Shown: positions 42,556 through 52,670, numbered from the stretch's first letter. The stretch: 64,000 nucleotides of DNA from Escherichia coli (GCF_048403405.1 NZ_CP183136.1); one strand, 5' to 3'. Numbers and translations are program-made. Notes: a model not told the origin generated them from the letters alone.

Positions 42556-43277
42556 TGAGAACTCCAGACTGGCTCAGTTTTGAAGGTTAGTGCTGAAATA
42601 ATACTTATGATTAACATTATACTATAGAAAAATATCGTCATCAGAGACAACTCCTGATCTGACTGGAGTATTGTAGAATAGATGGCGATAGGATTAACCT
42701 GATTTATCCAGTAAACGATCCCCTCATTATATTTTAATGATACAATTCCTGATACCATACAGACAGTTATTAATACAGAATAGATAGTGCTGGCTGTTTG
42801 GAATGTGACTCTGAACGATGCCATGAAAGTGAGTGAAACCATCATAAATGCATTTATGTATATCGATTTTAAAATAATCATTACTATTTGATAATCTGGA
42901 CTTGCCTGGAATCCTGTTAGTACGACTAAAATGAAAAAAAACACATACAAAATAGACATGATAAGTGAGGCTATTAATTGAGAACGAATAAATAATAGTC
43001 GACCATCCATATTATGCACGAAGGTAGCAATAAAACCACTTTCTCTTCTTCCGACCAGATACAGACAGTAATTAAACAGAACAACAGAAAAAGAAATGTA
43101 GCCTACAAACCATGATATTTGTTTTCCGAGCCATGCTGTATCACCATAATGAAGTTCAATTTCATTGAAATGAAGGAAAAAGAACAACACTGTAGGTGAC
43201 ATAATTGTCCATATTAAGCTGAAAGGGGTTCTGATTTGTTCCATCAGAAAAATTATCGCCATTTTTAATGTAACCAT
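42552..43277 (-). CDS. mcbE: McbE, ABC transporter permease (microcin B17 export/immunity)
   Basis: 241-aa polytopic membrane protein directly upstream of mcbF. Confidence 0.9.
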   Translation of the reverse strand: MVTLKMAIIFLMEQIRTPFSLIWTIMSPTVLFFFLHFNEIELHYGDTAWLGKQISWFVGYISFSVVLFNYCLYLVGRRESGFIATFVHNMDGRLLFIRSQLIASLIMSILYVFFFILVVLTGFQASPDYQIVMIILKSIYINAFMMVSLTFMASFRVTFQTASTIYSVLITVCMVSGIVSLKYNEGIVYWINQVNPIAIYSTILQSDQELSLMTIFFYSIMLIISIISALTFKTEPVWSSQ

Positions 43278-43286
43278 TTGTTATCC

Positions 43287-44477
43287 TTATGGGAATGGTA
43301 CCATCTTTGATTCTCTGACTTTAATACCGTCCCCGGTATGGTAAATTTTATTATTAATGTTTATTGCACCTGAGTTATTCATATGAAGGAAAAAATCAGG
43401 GCTTACTATTTTTGTGTACCAGACAAGGCTGTTACTTACTCTTTCCCTGGCATAGTAAACAAAAATATTATCAGAAATTTGTTGAAGATAGTTTAATAAA
43501 TTTGTGTCTGACGTAATATTTTCCTCAAGCGTTAACTTGACATCATCAGACAGTAGTACCGTATTTTCACACAAATCCGTAAACGACTCGTACTTGTTGC
43601 ATGACATAAAGTGACGCTGGTAACTATCAATGATGTCATCATCAGTATAACCGCCAATAAGAAAGTTGTGCAGGCATATATACGATTGCCACAATTCCAC
43701 TACGGATTTACAAAGTGCTTTTTTCAGACTATTAGCATAGGATAATCCGGTACTGTATTTTATTCGACTGATTTTGTTTTTTGTGCCATACAGGGTTAGT
43801 ACTGCGTGTCCAGGAGCTCCGGGCAGGGTGATATCGAAAATCCTGATATCTCCTTCTGACCTGAGAGCCAGTAAAATCTCATCTATATGATTTATGCCTG
43901 TTACTATTTCACTGGATATTTCAGTATTGGCTTTTCCCTGTAACCAGTAAAGAAGGAGGGACTGTCTCTCCATAAATTCACACAAGGAACCTTCTATGGC
44001 ATCGTTCAAACTACCATGAAAGCTACATCCGCATGTATCTCTGTCAGGATAAAATTTCAGATCATCTGCAGCGGTTATATTGTCGAGTGCAATTATGACT
44101 GCAGGTATTTCTTGTTGTTCAAGGCTAAACAGATTAAAGGCTCTGACCGTTTTAAATTTATGGGTTATGATTTCATCGCGGGTCAGTGATGAGATCTGAA
44201 AAAATGCTTCGGTAAAAGCCTTTGCAGCAGATGGAGGCATCATCTCATATAATGTTTTCTGACCACCGGTGACTATCTCATTAAAAAAATGACGGCGTTC
44301 AAAATATTCACCTATTGCCCCCTGAATTGACTTCAGAGTTTCACCGGCCGCGCTGGCTGGTGTAATACGCTCATAGTCCCATATCTGAGAAAACGTTGGC
44401 ATATTTCTGTTCAGTTTTGGACTCATGGCCATTGTGGCCGGCCATGCGGACATAAGGTTACTGTAGACATTTATCAT
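43287..44477 (-). CDS. mcbD: McbD, YcaO-type cyclodehydratase of microcin B17 synthetase
   Basis: 396-aa ORF in operon position; matches McbD. Confidence 0.9.
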   Translation of the reverse strand: MINVYSNLMSAWPATMAMSPKLNRNMPTFSQIWDYERITPASAAGETLKSIQGAIGEYFERRHFFNEIVTGGQKTLYEMMPPSAAKAFTEAFFQISSLTRDEIITHKFKTVRAFNLFSLEQQEIPAVIIALDNITAADDLKFYPDRDTCGCSFHGSLNDAIEGSLCEFMERQSLLLYWLQGKANTEISSEIVTGINHIDEILLALRSEGDIRIFDITLPGAPGHAVLTLYGTKNKISRIKYSTGLSYANSLKKALCKSVVELWQSYICLHNFLIGGYTDDDIIDSYQRHFMSCNKYESFTDLCENTVLLSDDVKLTLEENITSDTNLLNYLQQISDNIFVYYARERVSNSLVWYTKIVSPDFFLHMNNSGAININNKIYHTGDGIKVRESKMVPFP

Positions 44478-45276
44478 CGTTTACATCTCCAAAAAACTGA
44501 ACGATCAGTGGCGCTACAGTCCTCTGATCCAGATTCATTGTTTTTGCTACGTATGAATCGGTATATCCCGCCCATACCCGGTTTTTCAGTCCTATTTGAT
44601 CTGCAACCAATACTGCGTTCTGATACATCGAACCTGTTTCCATTAAGGCCATCCGGTATCCTCTGTAGCGATATTTGAACAAAGCTTTTTCAAAAATAAT
44701 GCAATAGACGAGAGCAAAATGGGGTTTACCAAGACGTTCCGAATCCCCACCGGACAGGCTTCGGTAGAGTGACTGAGTATTACATGTAGCAACAGGTTCC
44801 AGTGCCTGACTTAGCGGCAGGTAGTGATAAACATTAGTTCCTGCCTGCCAGTTTTCTGTATTTTCAGATAATCTGCATAAAAAAACTTCAATCGGGTACA
44901 ATGCCCCCCCAGAAGGATAAGGTCTTCTTACAGAGCCAGGATCAGGTGAGCTGAATGCATTGACTAATAACTTTTCAATAGTACGAATGGAAAGTTTATT
45001 TTTGTCGCAAAAGTTTATTCCTGATGGGAGCCTTTCACGACTAAAATTATGTGATGAGGATATGTTTATTACGGAGCTGAAACCTGGCCTGAAGAGAACT
45101 TCTTTATTTTCAAATTTCTCCAGATGGGCAAGAGGTACCGCGGACACGAAAGTTCGTTCAGCAAATTCGGGGAGGGAAGCAAAGTTACCTCTGACATGAA
45201 AATCTTTAACAATGGCCAGAACTTCAGGATCTGTGTAATGCGTTACTTCCACTAAAGAGAGTTCGTGTTTTGACAT
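44458..45276 (-). CDS. mcbC: McbC, FMN-dependent dehydrogenase of microcin B17 synthetase
   Basis: 272-aa ORF in operon position; matches McbC. Confidence 0.9.
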   Translation of the reverse strand: MSKHELSLVEVTHYTDPEVLAIVKDFHVRGNFASLPEFAERTFVSAVPLAHLEKFENKEVLFRPGFSSVINISSSHNFSRERLPSGINFCDKNKLSIRTIEKLLVNAFSSPDPGSVRRPYPSGGALYPIEVFLCRLSENTENWQAGTNVYHYLPLSQALEPVATCNTQSLYRSLSGGDSERLGKPHFALVYCIIFEKALFKYRYRGYRMALMETGSMYQNAVLVADQIGLKNRVWAGYTDSYVAKTMNLDQRTVAPLIVQFFGDVNDDKCLQ

Positions 45277-46065
45277 GTTATCTCTCCAGACAGCTGCAAG
45301 CCTGCCAGTGAATTACCGGCTCTTTACATAAAATACAGGTGATTAAATCAGCGCTAACAGATGACATAAAGTTATCGACATGACTTTTAACCAGTGAAGT
45401 ACCTGTCAACTCCTGAAGTCGCCGTTTTATTAAATGATAGCTGAATCCTCTTTCTGATTCGCCTAAAGCCAATGCTGGTAGTGTCATTTGGTATTTTTTC
45501 AGTAACTGAAGTAAGTTTGCCCAGGACATTTCGTTACGTCTGAAGCTTTTTTCTTCCCTGCTCAGCCATCTATCTATATGACAAAAATGGCAGGGAGTAC
45601 CAAGATCAGGTGAATATACTCCATCTATCCTGAATGACTCCTTTAGGTAGTAGCTTTGGATGAAGGCAACACCAGGGTTACTTTCAAATTTTGAATAGAT
45701 TCTTTTTACAATGTCTGAATGATAGTTTTCGAGATGTAACCAGATTAGTGTTGAATCGCTCACATTAATATTATTATCTTTTATATCAATGATATGAGAA
45801 ACAAAAACACCATCAGATTTCCATTGTTCCCGGGCATTACTGAAAAGATGTGGAACATCGCTTATTATGACTGAGTTTACCCAGAGAGGTGATGTTTTCG
45901 TTTTATTTATCACGCCTGTGGTAATAAGAAACTCTTTGCCCTTGTCTTTATCAATAAGCGATTCGTCCAGTAGTTTATCAAGGAGGTATTCAGAAATAAT
46001 ACCCTGTTTGGATCGTAGGCTTTCGAGTACTTTTTTCATTCCCTCATGTGTAATGTCTACTGAAG

Positions 46066-46074
46066 AAATGTAGG
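46066..46074. repeat. Target-site duplication AAATGTAGG, left copy
   Basis: Identical 9 bp directly flank both IS ends. Confidence 0.9.
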
Positions 46075-47131
46075 GGCTTTGTTGAATAAATCGAACTTTT
46101 GCTGAGTTGAAGGATCAGATCACGCATCTTCCCGACAACGCAGACCGTTCCGTGGCAAAGCAAAAGTTCAAAATAACCAACTGGCCCACCTACAATAAAG
46201 CCCTCATCAACCGTGGCTCCATAACTTTCTGGCTGGATGATGAAGCTATTCAGGCCTGGTATGAGTCAGCAACACCTTCTTCACGAGGCAGACCTCAGCG
46301 CTATTCTGACCTTGCCATCACGACTGTGCTGGTCATTAAACGCGTATTCAGGCTGACCCTGCGCGCTGCGCAGGGCTTTATTGATTCCATTTTTTCTCTG
46401 ATGAACGTTCCGCTACGCTGCCCGGATTACAGCTGTGTCAGCAGGCGGGCAAAGTCGGTTAATATCAGTTTCAAAACGCCCACCCGGGGTGAAATCGCAC
46501 ACCTGGTAATTGATTCCACCGGGCTGAAGGTCTTCGGTGAAGGCGAGTGGAAAGTCAAAAAGCATGGTCAGGAACGCCGCCGTATCTGGCGTAAGCTGCA
46601 TCTGGCAGTTGACAGCAACACACATGAAATCATCTGTGCAGACCTGTCGCTGAACAATGTGACGGACTCAGAAGCCTTCCCGGGTCTTATCCGGCAGACT
46701 CACAGAAAAATCAGGGCAGCATCGGCAGACGGCGCTTACGACACCCGGCTCTGTCACGATGAACTGCGGCGTAAGAAAATCAGCGCGCTTATCCCACCCC
46801 GAAAAGGCGCGGGTTACTGGCCCGGTGAATATGCAGACCGTAACCGTGCTGTTGCGAATCAGCGAATGACCGGGAGTAATGCGCGGTGGAAATGGACAAC
46901 AGATTACAACCGTCGCTCGATAGCGGAAACGGCGATGTACCGGGTAAAACAGCTGTTCGGGGGTTCACTGACGCTGCGTGACTACGATGGTCAGGTTGCG
47001 GAGGCTATGGCCCTGGTACGAGCGCTGAACAAAATGACGAAAGCAGGTATGCCTGAAAGCGTGCGTATTGCCTGAAAACACAACCCGCTACGGGGGAGAC
47101 TTACCCGAAATCTGATTTATTCAACAAAGCC
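46075..47131 (+). mobile_element. IS903-type insertion sequence (IS5 family), 1057 bp
   Basis: 18-bp terminal inverted repeats GGCTTTGTTGAATAAATC at both ends, single transposase ORF, 9-bp direct duplication. Confidence 0.9.
46152..47075 (+). CDS. IS903 transposase (DDE)
   Basis: GTG at 46152 within ORF 46107-47075 gives 307 aa; fills the IS. Confidence 0.85.
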   Translation: MAKQKFKITNWPTYNKALINRGSITFWLDDEAIQAWYESATPSSRGRPQRYSDLAITTVLVIKRVFRLTLRAAQGFIDSIFSLMNVPLRCPDYSCVSRRAKSVNISFKTPTRGEIAHLVIDSTGLKVFGEGEWKVKKHGQERRRIWRKLHLAVDSNTHEIICADLSLNNVTDSEAFPGLIRQTHRKIRAASADGAYDTRLCHDELRRKKISALIPPRKGAGYWPGEYADRNRAVANQRMTGSNARWKWTTDYNRRSIAETAMYRVKQLFGGSLTLRDYDGQVAEAMALVRALNKMTKAGMPESVRIA

Positions 47132-47140
47132 AAATGTAGG
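47132..47140. repeat. Target-site duplication AAATGTAGG, right copy
   Basis: Identical 9 bp directly flank both IS ends. Confidence 0.9.
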
Positions 47141-47257
47141 TAATAAGCAGGGTCTTTGTATTTCTGGAAATTATCTCAAACGGCAGAATATTGATCATAT
47201 CTTTTCCTTTTTTAATATCAGGGAGCACCATGCTCCCTGAACGGTTAATTCAACGTA

Positions 47258-47467
47258 TCAGATATGTGAACCACTTCCGCCGCTGCCACCGTTTCCACCA
47301 CTACAACCGTTGCTGCAACCACCACAACCGCCACCTTGACCACCGCAGCTACCGCCGCCGCCGCCGCCGCCACCACCACCAATGCCAACACCTAATGGAG
47401 ACTGGCGTGATAATTTAAGAGCATCAACGGACAAAACTACACCAAATTCACTCGCTTTTAATTCCAT
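47258..47467 (-). CDS. mcbA: McbA, microcin B17 precursor peptide
   Basis: 69-aa ORF with leader then Gly/Ser/Cys-rich core (GGGGGGGGGGSCGGQGGGCGGCSNGCSGGNGGSGGSGSHI). Confidence 0.95.
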   Translation of the reverse strand: MELKASEFGVVLSVDALKLSRQSPLGVGIGGGGGGGGGGSCGGQGGGCGGCSNGCSGGNGGSGGSGSHI

Positions 47468-47620
47468 AAGGACTCCTTTTTTAAGGGAAATTAATGCTTA
47501 TGACATCTGAATAGTATGTTGGCCAACACTAGTTACTTGCCGTAATTAACTATATTTTGCAATGATAATTTGAACTAAATTTGTACGCTTGTTAAATATT
47601 TAATAATAATATCAGTTGGT
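47468..47620 (-). promoter_or_regulatory. Probable mcb operon promoter region
   Basis: AT-rich sequence immediately upstream of mcbA; individual promoter elements not resolved. Confidence 0.35.
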
Positions 47621-47723
47621 TATGTTTATGCTGTTATTGTTTTTTTACAAAAATTAATATTGTGTTTACATTTTGCTTTCAGTTGCTGTCAGGATGTCAC
47701 ACTACCCCTTTAAGCCCCCACTG

Positions 47724-47815
47724 GTCTGGCAGGGCCGGGGGTGGGTAAGGTGAAACCTGTCAATCAGTACCGGCTTACGCCGGTATCATATGCAACAACT
47801 GAGTGCCGCCTTCCA
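47724..47815. repeat. Second copy of the element at 39084-39217, shorter by an internal gap
   Basis: Shares GGTAAGGTGAAA..CAGTACCGGCTTACGCCGG..GCCGCCTTCCAT in the same orientation. Confidence 0.6.
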
Positions 47816-47996
47816 TATCATATCATTTGCCCGTTTCCCGCCGTGCAGATCCGGTTTCCGGCTGAAGTGGATCCAGACCTGATTTGTTGCTGAGTATCGG
47901 TAAAAGAGCGGCTTATAATCTATTCTGAAACATGGCAAGTGAATCTGGGCTGTATAATTCCGGCAAGTGTCATCTGTATTTAAAGGTCGTGTGAGT

Positions 47997-48449
47997 ATGA
48001 AATTTATGGAATGTGCTGTCCGGGATGTGATTTATGGGACCAATGTCCGTATTGTCAAACCGGTCAACATTTATGAATGTGAACTCAGGGACAATGTGTT
48101 TGTCGGCCCCTTCGTTGAGATACAGAAAGGCTGTGTCATTGGTAGTGGAAGCCGGATACAGTCGCACACGTTTATTTGTGAGAACGTAACACTGGGGGAG
48201 AACTGCTTCATTGGTCATAACGTGACGTTCGCCAACGATCTGTTTCGTTCAGGAGCACCAGATCCGTCACCGGATAACTGGATCAGCATTACCCTGGGGG
48301 ATTCGGTTACTGTTGGCAGTGGAGCCATTATTCTGTCTCCGTATATATGCAGCGGAGCTGTTATTGGTGCGGGGGCAGTTGTAGTAAAACCGATTGAGAA
48401 CAAAGGCATTTATGCAGGAAACCCGGCAAGACTGATCAGAATATTATGA
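47997..48449 (+). CDS. Hexapeptide-repeat (left-handed beta-helix) acyltransferase
   Basis: Tandem imperfect hexapeptide repeats (IGSGSRIQSHTFICENVTLGENCFIGHNVTF...); ATG at 47997 within ORF 47967-48449. Confidence 0.7.
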   Translation: MKFMECAVRDVIYGTNVRIVKPVNIYECELRDNVFVGPFVEIQKGCVIGSGSRIQSHTFICENVTLGENCFIGHNVTFANDLFRSGAPDPSPDNWISITLGDSVTVGSGAIILSPYICSGAVIGAGAVVVKPIENKGIYAGNPARLIRIL

Positions 48450-48454
48450 AAAAG

Positions 48455-48480
48455 AAAAGGGCCGTTACTGGCCCTTTTTA
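48455..48480. terminator. Hairpin terminator after the acyltransferase gene
   Basis: AAGGGCC-GTTACT-GGCCCTT followed by a T-run. Confidence 0.6.
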
Positions 48481-48851
48481 TCAGAGGTAGGTCTGTGAAT
48501 ACGGCAGGTGTACAGAAATCGACTGCCGGGGATCGATTTCCAGGGCCGCCCGGTATTCTGCGTCAGTGATATCACCTTTTTTCAGTAAATAACCGAGAGC
48601 ATCGTTTCCCAGCCCTGACAGTATGCGTATTCTGGCGATCCGGACTGGCAAATAACCCATCAAAAACGTTATTGCCAGACATTGCGAACTCACCAATTTT
48701 GATTATTGGAGCCACTTTTTCATAAGTTCCGTGAAATTATTTCATAATAACGACCCTGTTTATTTTATGTAATGACTGGCAATAAAATAACTTGATTAAG
48801 TTCCCTTTATCCAGCCTGATAGTGGATAAAGGAAACTCAATCATAATTTAA

Positions 48852-49205
48852 TTAGTTTATTAACTTCATCGCATTCTTTTTTGTCTCCTCATCACTTTTT
48901 TGCTCCGATTGTGAAGAGGACTGAATGATTGTTGAAGAATTTAAATCGGCCATCTCTTTTGGAAATAGCGATCTCAATATATTCACGATATCTGAAAATG
49001 TGGTTTCTTTCGTCAGCAGTTCACATAAAAGGAAAGGGGCCCTGGGATCTTGTCTGTATAAGGCCAGACCTGCCGTCAGTGCAGCCCGGTTAAGGCGGCT
49101 GCGTTCCCCTTGCGGGATACTGTCCAGTGTATCACAAACAATTTTATCTGTTTGATTTACATCTGGATTTAGCTTAAAGGCAATGGTTCTGCGCTTGTCC
49201 ATCAT
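48852..49205 (-). CDS. parR: ParR (StbB), partition adaptor/repressor
   Basis: 117-aa ORF matching R1-type ParR; directly downstream of parM. Confidence 0.9.
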   Translation of the reverse strand: MMDKRRTIAFKLNPDVNQTDKIVCDTLDSIPQGERSRLNRAALTAGLALYRQDPRAPFLLCELLTKETTFSDIVNILRSLFPKEMADLNSSTIIQSSSQSEQKSDEETKKNAMKLIN

Positions 49206-50167
49206 TAATTACCTATGAGATACATACCGTTAACTAAATCATATTGAGAGTTATTGGTTTTAAAAAAACGTTCATCACGAATCTGTGTGTGTTTTTTTAC
49301 TGCATCGCATATTAATTCTGCGCCACCACCTATAACCATAACATGAGTATAACCAGAAAATTCATTGAGTGTATTTAATACACGTTGCTCAAGTTTACGA
49401 AGTGCTTCATTCATTGCTTCGGTGACTATTGATATTTTGTTCTCATCATTAATTCGTTGCTTCAGATAGTTATTATCTTTTCTGTGAATAATTATATCAT
49501 CAGCAAGATAGCTACTTCCTTTTGTTCTCGCAAGAGAAAGGGCATCTTTTACTGCAGATGTGACCAGAGATACACCAAGAGATGAGTCTCCGTATATTTT
49601 ACTGATCCCCGATAATTTCCCCATTACCTGAGAAATATCTAATGTGGTGCCCCCGAGATCTATAATTAATAAAGAATCTAACTCATCCAGTTCTTGTAGA
49701 ACTTCATAACCTGCCGGTATAGATTCAGGCATGACTTTTACATCTTTTATTGTGAATGTATCCCCACCATTTAATGTAATTTTTTTCCGGAAGTTTGCTT
49801 TCTTACGCTCAATATTTTCCGTATTGGGTTGGTTATTCCTGTCGTAATACTCTGTCAGAGGAAGTGTGCAAACAATATCCACTTCGCTTACCGGCAGACC
49901 ACTGGTCAGTAAGGCGTGGTGCACCGCAACGACATTAACGTCGCTGTATTGCCATGCGATATTGGTTGTGACTACAGCATCCGGGCTGATTGGATCAAAT
50001 GAATACTGTTCGCCGTTCAGTGTGTAGTTAAAGACCTTTTTATCACCAAAAGAAACTGCCCACTCGCGTTTGAAGCTGTTCGGGCTAATGTGCTGTTTAA
50101 TTGTTCCGTCGCTTTCCTGCCACTGTAGTTTGATGTTTGTTGAACCGTCATCAATGAATACCAACAT
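49205..50167 (-). CDS. parM: ParM (StbA), actin-like partition ATPase
   Basis: 320-aa ORF matching R1-type ParM. Confidence 0.95.
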
Positions 50168-50335
50168 TTATAAAACTCCTTATGGTGTTTTTTTGGTGTT
50201 TGTTTGGGTGTGTTTTGGGCTTTAAATGGGTTTATTTGTCAAGTTTACCCCATTTTAACTATCAATCAATGATTATTTGTCTTGTTTTGGTGTTTTGTTG
50301 GGCTTGGTATGGGTTGTTTTTGGGTTTTGTTTGGC
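50168..50335. promoter_or_regulatory. parC: parC-like centromere/promoter region
   Basis: Clustered short direct repeats (GGTGTTTT/GGGTGTGTTTTGG-type) upstream of parM; boundaries approximate. Confidence 0.55.
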
Positions 50336-50347
50336 GGATAACAAAAG

Positions 50348-50660
50348 ATGTCGCCGGGCTCCTCTTTTTACTGCGCCGGCTGACGCGGCGCGGCATAAAC
50401 GCTGCCTGTGGTCAGTGTCCCGCGTCCGGTGGGCACGGGACGGGCGCTTTTACCGCTCCCGGCTGGCGTCGGTGACAGTGTACGCCAGCCTGTCGCCCTT
50501 TTCTGATGAACGCCCTTCAAGCCGCTTTCGCGGCATAGCCTTGCCGTCAGAAAGACGACGGCTGCGGTATTCCACGGTCGGCCTGACCCGTTACCGGACG
50601 CGGTGAACAGCCCACAGGCAGCGGGGAACGGGCGCCACAGGGGCGCCCTCCCGATGCTCC
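50348..50660 (+). repeat. Large repeat, family A copy 1 (about 315 bp, GC-rich, structured); candidate Frpo-type single-strand promoter
   Basis: Near-identical to 51652-51970; ORF-track entries 50277-50606 and 51567-51911 are the same sequence translated. Confidence 0.7.
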
Positions 50661-50661
50661 T

Positions 50662-51603
50662 GTGAGGATAATTCCCATGCCAAACTGGTGCTCGAATCGT
50701 ATGTATTTTTCTGGTGAACCGGCACAGATCGCTGAGATTAAACGACTGGCCAGCGGTGCAGTCACACCGCTTTATCGCCGCGCCACAAATGAAGGTATTC
50801 AGCTGTTTCTGGCCGGAAGTGCCGGACTTCTGCAGATCACTGAAAATATCCGCTCTGAGCAGTGCCCCGGAGTGACGGCTGCCGGACGTGGTGCTGTATC
50901 ACTGGAAAATATCGCGTTCACCCGCTGGCTGACACACCTGCAGAACGGTGTACTGCTGGATGAGCAAAACTGCCTGATGCTGCATGAACTCTGGCTGCAG
51001 AGCGGTACTGGACAGCGTCGCTGGGAAGGGTTACCGGATGATGTCAGGGAAACTATCACTGTGCATTTCACCGCAAAAAGAGGTGACTGGTGTGACATCT
51101 GGGGTAACGAGGATGTATCGGTGTGGTGGAACCGTCTGTGTGACAACGTACTGCCGGAAAAAACCATGCCGTTTGACCTGCTGACGGTTTTGCCGACCCG
51201 CCTGGATATTGAAGTGAATGGCTTTAACGGCGGTGTTCTGAACGGTGTTCCTTCTGCATATCACTGGTATACAGAACGGTATGGCGTGAAGTGGCCTTGT
51301 GGGTATGACCTGAATATCAGCAGTCAGGGGGAAAACTTCATTCAGGTGGATTTCGACACGCCGTGGTGTCAGCCGGAAAGCGACGTTGTTGCAGAATTAA
51401 GCCGCCGTTTCGGCTGCACGCTGGAGCACTGGTACGCCGAACAGGGCTGCAATTTCTGTGGCTGGCAGTTGTATGAGCGCGGAGAGCTTGTTGATGTGCT
51501 GTGGGGGGAACTGGAATGGTCTTCCCCGACAGATGACGATGAGCTGCCGGAAGTCACCGGACCTGCGTGGATAGTCGACAATGTGACGCATTATGGCGGA
51601 TGA
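50662..51603 (+). CDS. Hypothetical leading-region protein, 313 aa (possibly DUF1281-like)
   Basis: Clean ORF between the two family-A repeat copies; family name from recall only. Confidence 0.55.
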   Translation: MRIIPMPNWCSNRMYFSGEPAQIAEIKRLASGAVTPLYRRATNEGIQLFLAGSAGLLQITENIRSEQCPGVTAAGRGAVSLENIAFTRWLTHLQNGVLLDEQNCLMLHELWLQSGTGQRRWEGLPDDVRETITVHFTAKRGDWCDIWGNEDVSVWWNRLCDNVLPEKTMPFDLLTVLPTRLDIEVNGFNGGVLNGVPSAYHWYTERYGVKWPCGYDLNISSQGENFIQVDFDTPWCQPESDVVAELSRRFGCTLEHWYAEQGCNFCGWQLYERGELVDVLWGELEWSSPTDDDELPEVTGPAWIVDNVTHYGG

Positions 51604-51651
51604 AGTATGACGGAGACGGGCGGGCAACCGCCCGTTTCTTTTCCGACAAAG

Positions 51652-51970
51652 GATGTCGCCGTGCTCCTCTTTTTACTGCGCCGGCTGACGCGGCGCGGCA
51701 TAAACGCTGCCTGTGGTCAGTGTCCCGCGTCCGGCGGGCACGGGGCGGGCGCTTTTACCGCTCCCGGCTGGCGTCGGTGACAGTGTACGCCAGCCCGTCG
51801 CCCTTTTCTGATGAACGCCCTTCAAGCCGCTTTCGCGGCATAACCTTGCCGTCAAAAAGACGACGGCTGCGGTATTCCACGGTCGGCCTGACCCGTTACC
51901 GGACGCGGTGAACAGCCCACAGGCAGCGGGGAACGGGCACCACAGGGGTGCCCTCCCGGTGCCCTCTGTA
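51652..51970 (+). repeat. Large repeat, family A copy 2; candidate single-strand promoter upstream of the methyltransferase operon
   Basis: Near-identical to 50348-50660. Confidence 0.7.
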
Positions 51971-51986
51971 AGAGAAGGAGTTTCGT

Positions 51987-52670
51987 ATGTCCCGTTTTGT
52001 CCTCGGTAACTGCATCGATGTTATGGCCCGTATTCCTGATAACGCCATTGATTTCATCCTCACCGACCCGCCATATCTCGTCGGTTTCCGTGACCGTTCC
52101 GGGCGCACCATCGCCGGCGATAAAACCGATGAGTGGCTGCAACCGGCCTGTAATGAAATGTTCCGCGTGCTGAAAAAAGACGCGTTAATGGTGAGCTTCT
52201 ACGGCTGGAACCGCGTCGATCGCTTTATGGCCGCCTGGAAAAATGCGGGATTCAGCGTTGTTGGTCACCTGGTCTTCACCAAAAACTATACATCGAAGGC
52301 CGCATATGTGGGCTATCGCCACGAATGCGCCTACATCCTGGCAAAAGGCCGTCCACGTCTGCCACAAAACCCGCTGCCGGACGTGCTGGGCTGGAAATAT
52401 TCGGGCAATCGCCATCACCCGACGGAAAAGCCCGTTACCAGCCTGCAACCGCTGATTGAGAGCTTCACACACCCGAACGCAATTGTGCTGGACCCGTTTG
52501 CAGGCAGCGGCTCAACCTGCGTCGCCGCCCTCCAGTCCGGACGCCGGTATATCGGTATCGAGCTGCTTGAGCAGTATCACCGTGCCGGGCAGCAACGCCT
52601 TGCCGCCGTGCAACGGGCCATGCAGCAGGGGGCCGCGAATGATAACTGGTTTATGCCGGAGGCTGCGTAA
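51987..52670 (+). CDS. Orphan DNA amino-methyltransferase (N6-adenine or N4-cytosine)
   Basis: DPPY catalytic motif followed by FAGSGST AdoMet motif; no adjacent restriction endonuclease ORF. Confidence 0.85.
   Translation: MSRFVLGNCIDVMARIPDNAIDFILTDPPYLVGFRDRSGRTIAGDKTDEWLQPACNEMFRVLKKDALMVSFYGWNRVDRFMAAWKNAGFSVVGHLVFTKNYTSKAAYVGYRHECAYILAKGRPRLPQNPLPDVLGWKYSGNRHHPTEKPVTSLQPLIESFTHPNAIVLDPFAGSGSTCVAALQSGRRYIGIELLEQYHRAGQQRLAAVQRAMQQGAANDNWFMPEAA

Larger units (their letters stand above)
45278..47231 (-). pseudogene. mcbB: mcbB (synthetase scaffold subunit) interrupted by IS903 after codon 33
   Basis: A 33-codon N-terminal piece (47231-47133) and the 253-aa ORF 45278-46039 rejoin in frame to give a 295-aa ORF if the IS and one duplication copy are removed. 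Confidence 0.85.

Noticed and set aside
47191-47418. Plus-strand 75-aa His/Arg-rich ORF
   Set aside because: Antisense to the Gly-rich mcbA core; produced by the GGN codon run, not an independent gene
50277-50606. 109-aa ORF and its near-twin at 51567-51911
   Set aside because: Both lie inside the two copies of the family-A repeat and translate the same repeat sequence; Arg-rich low-complexity output, more likely non-coding regulatory DNA
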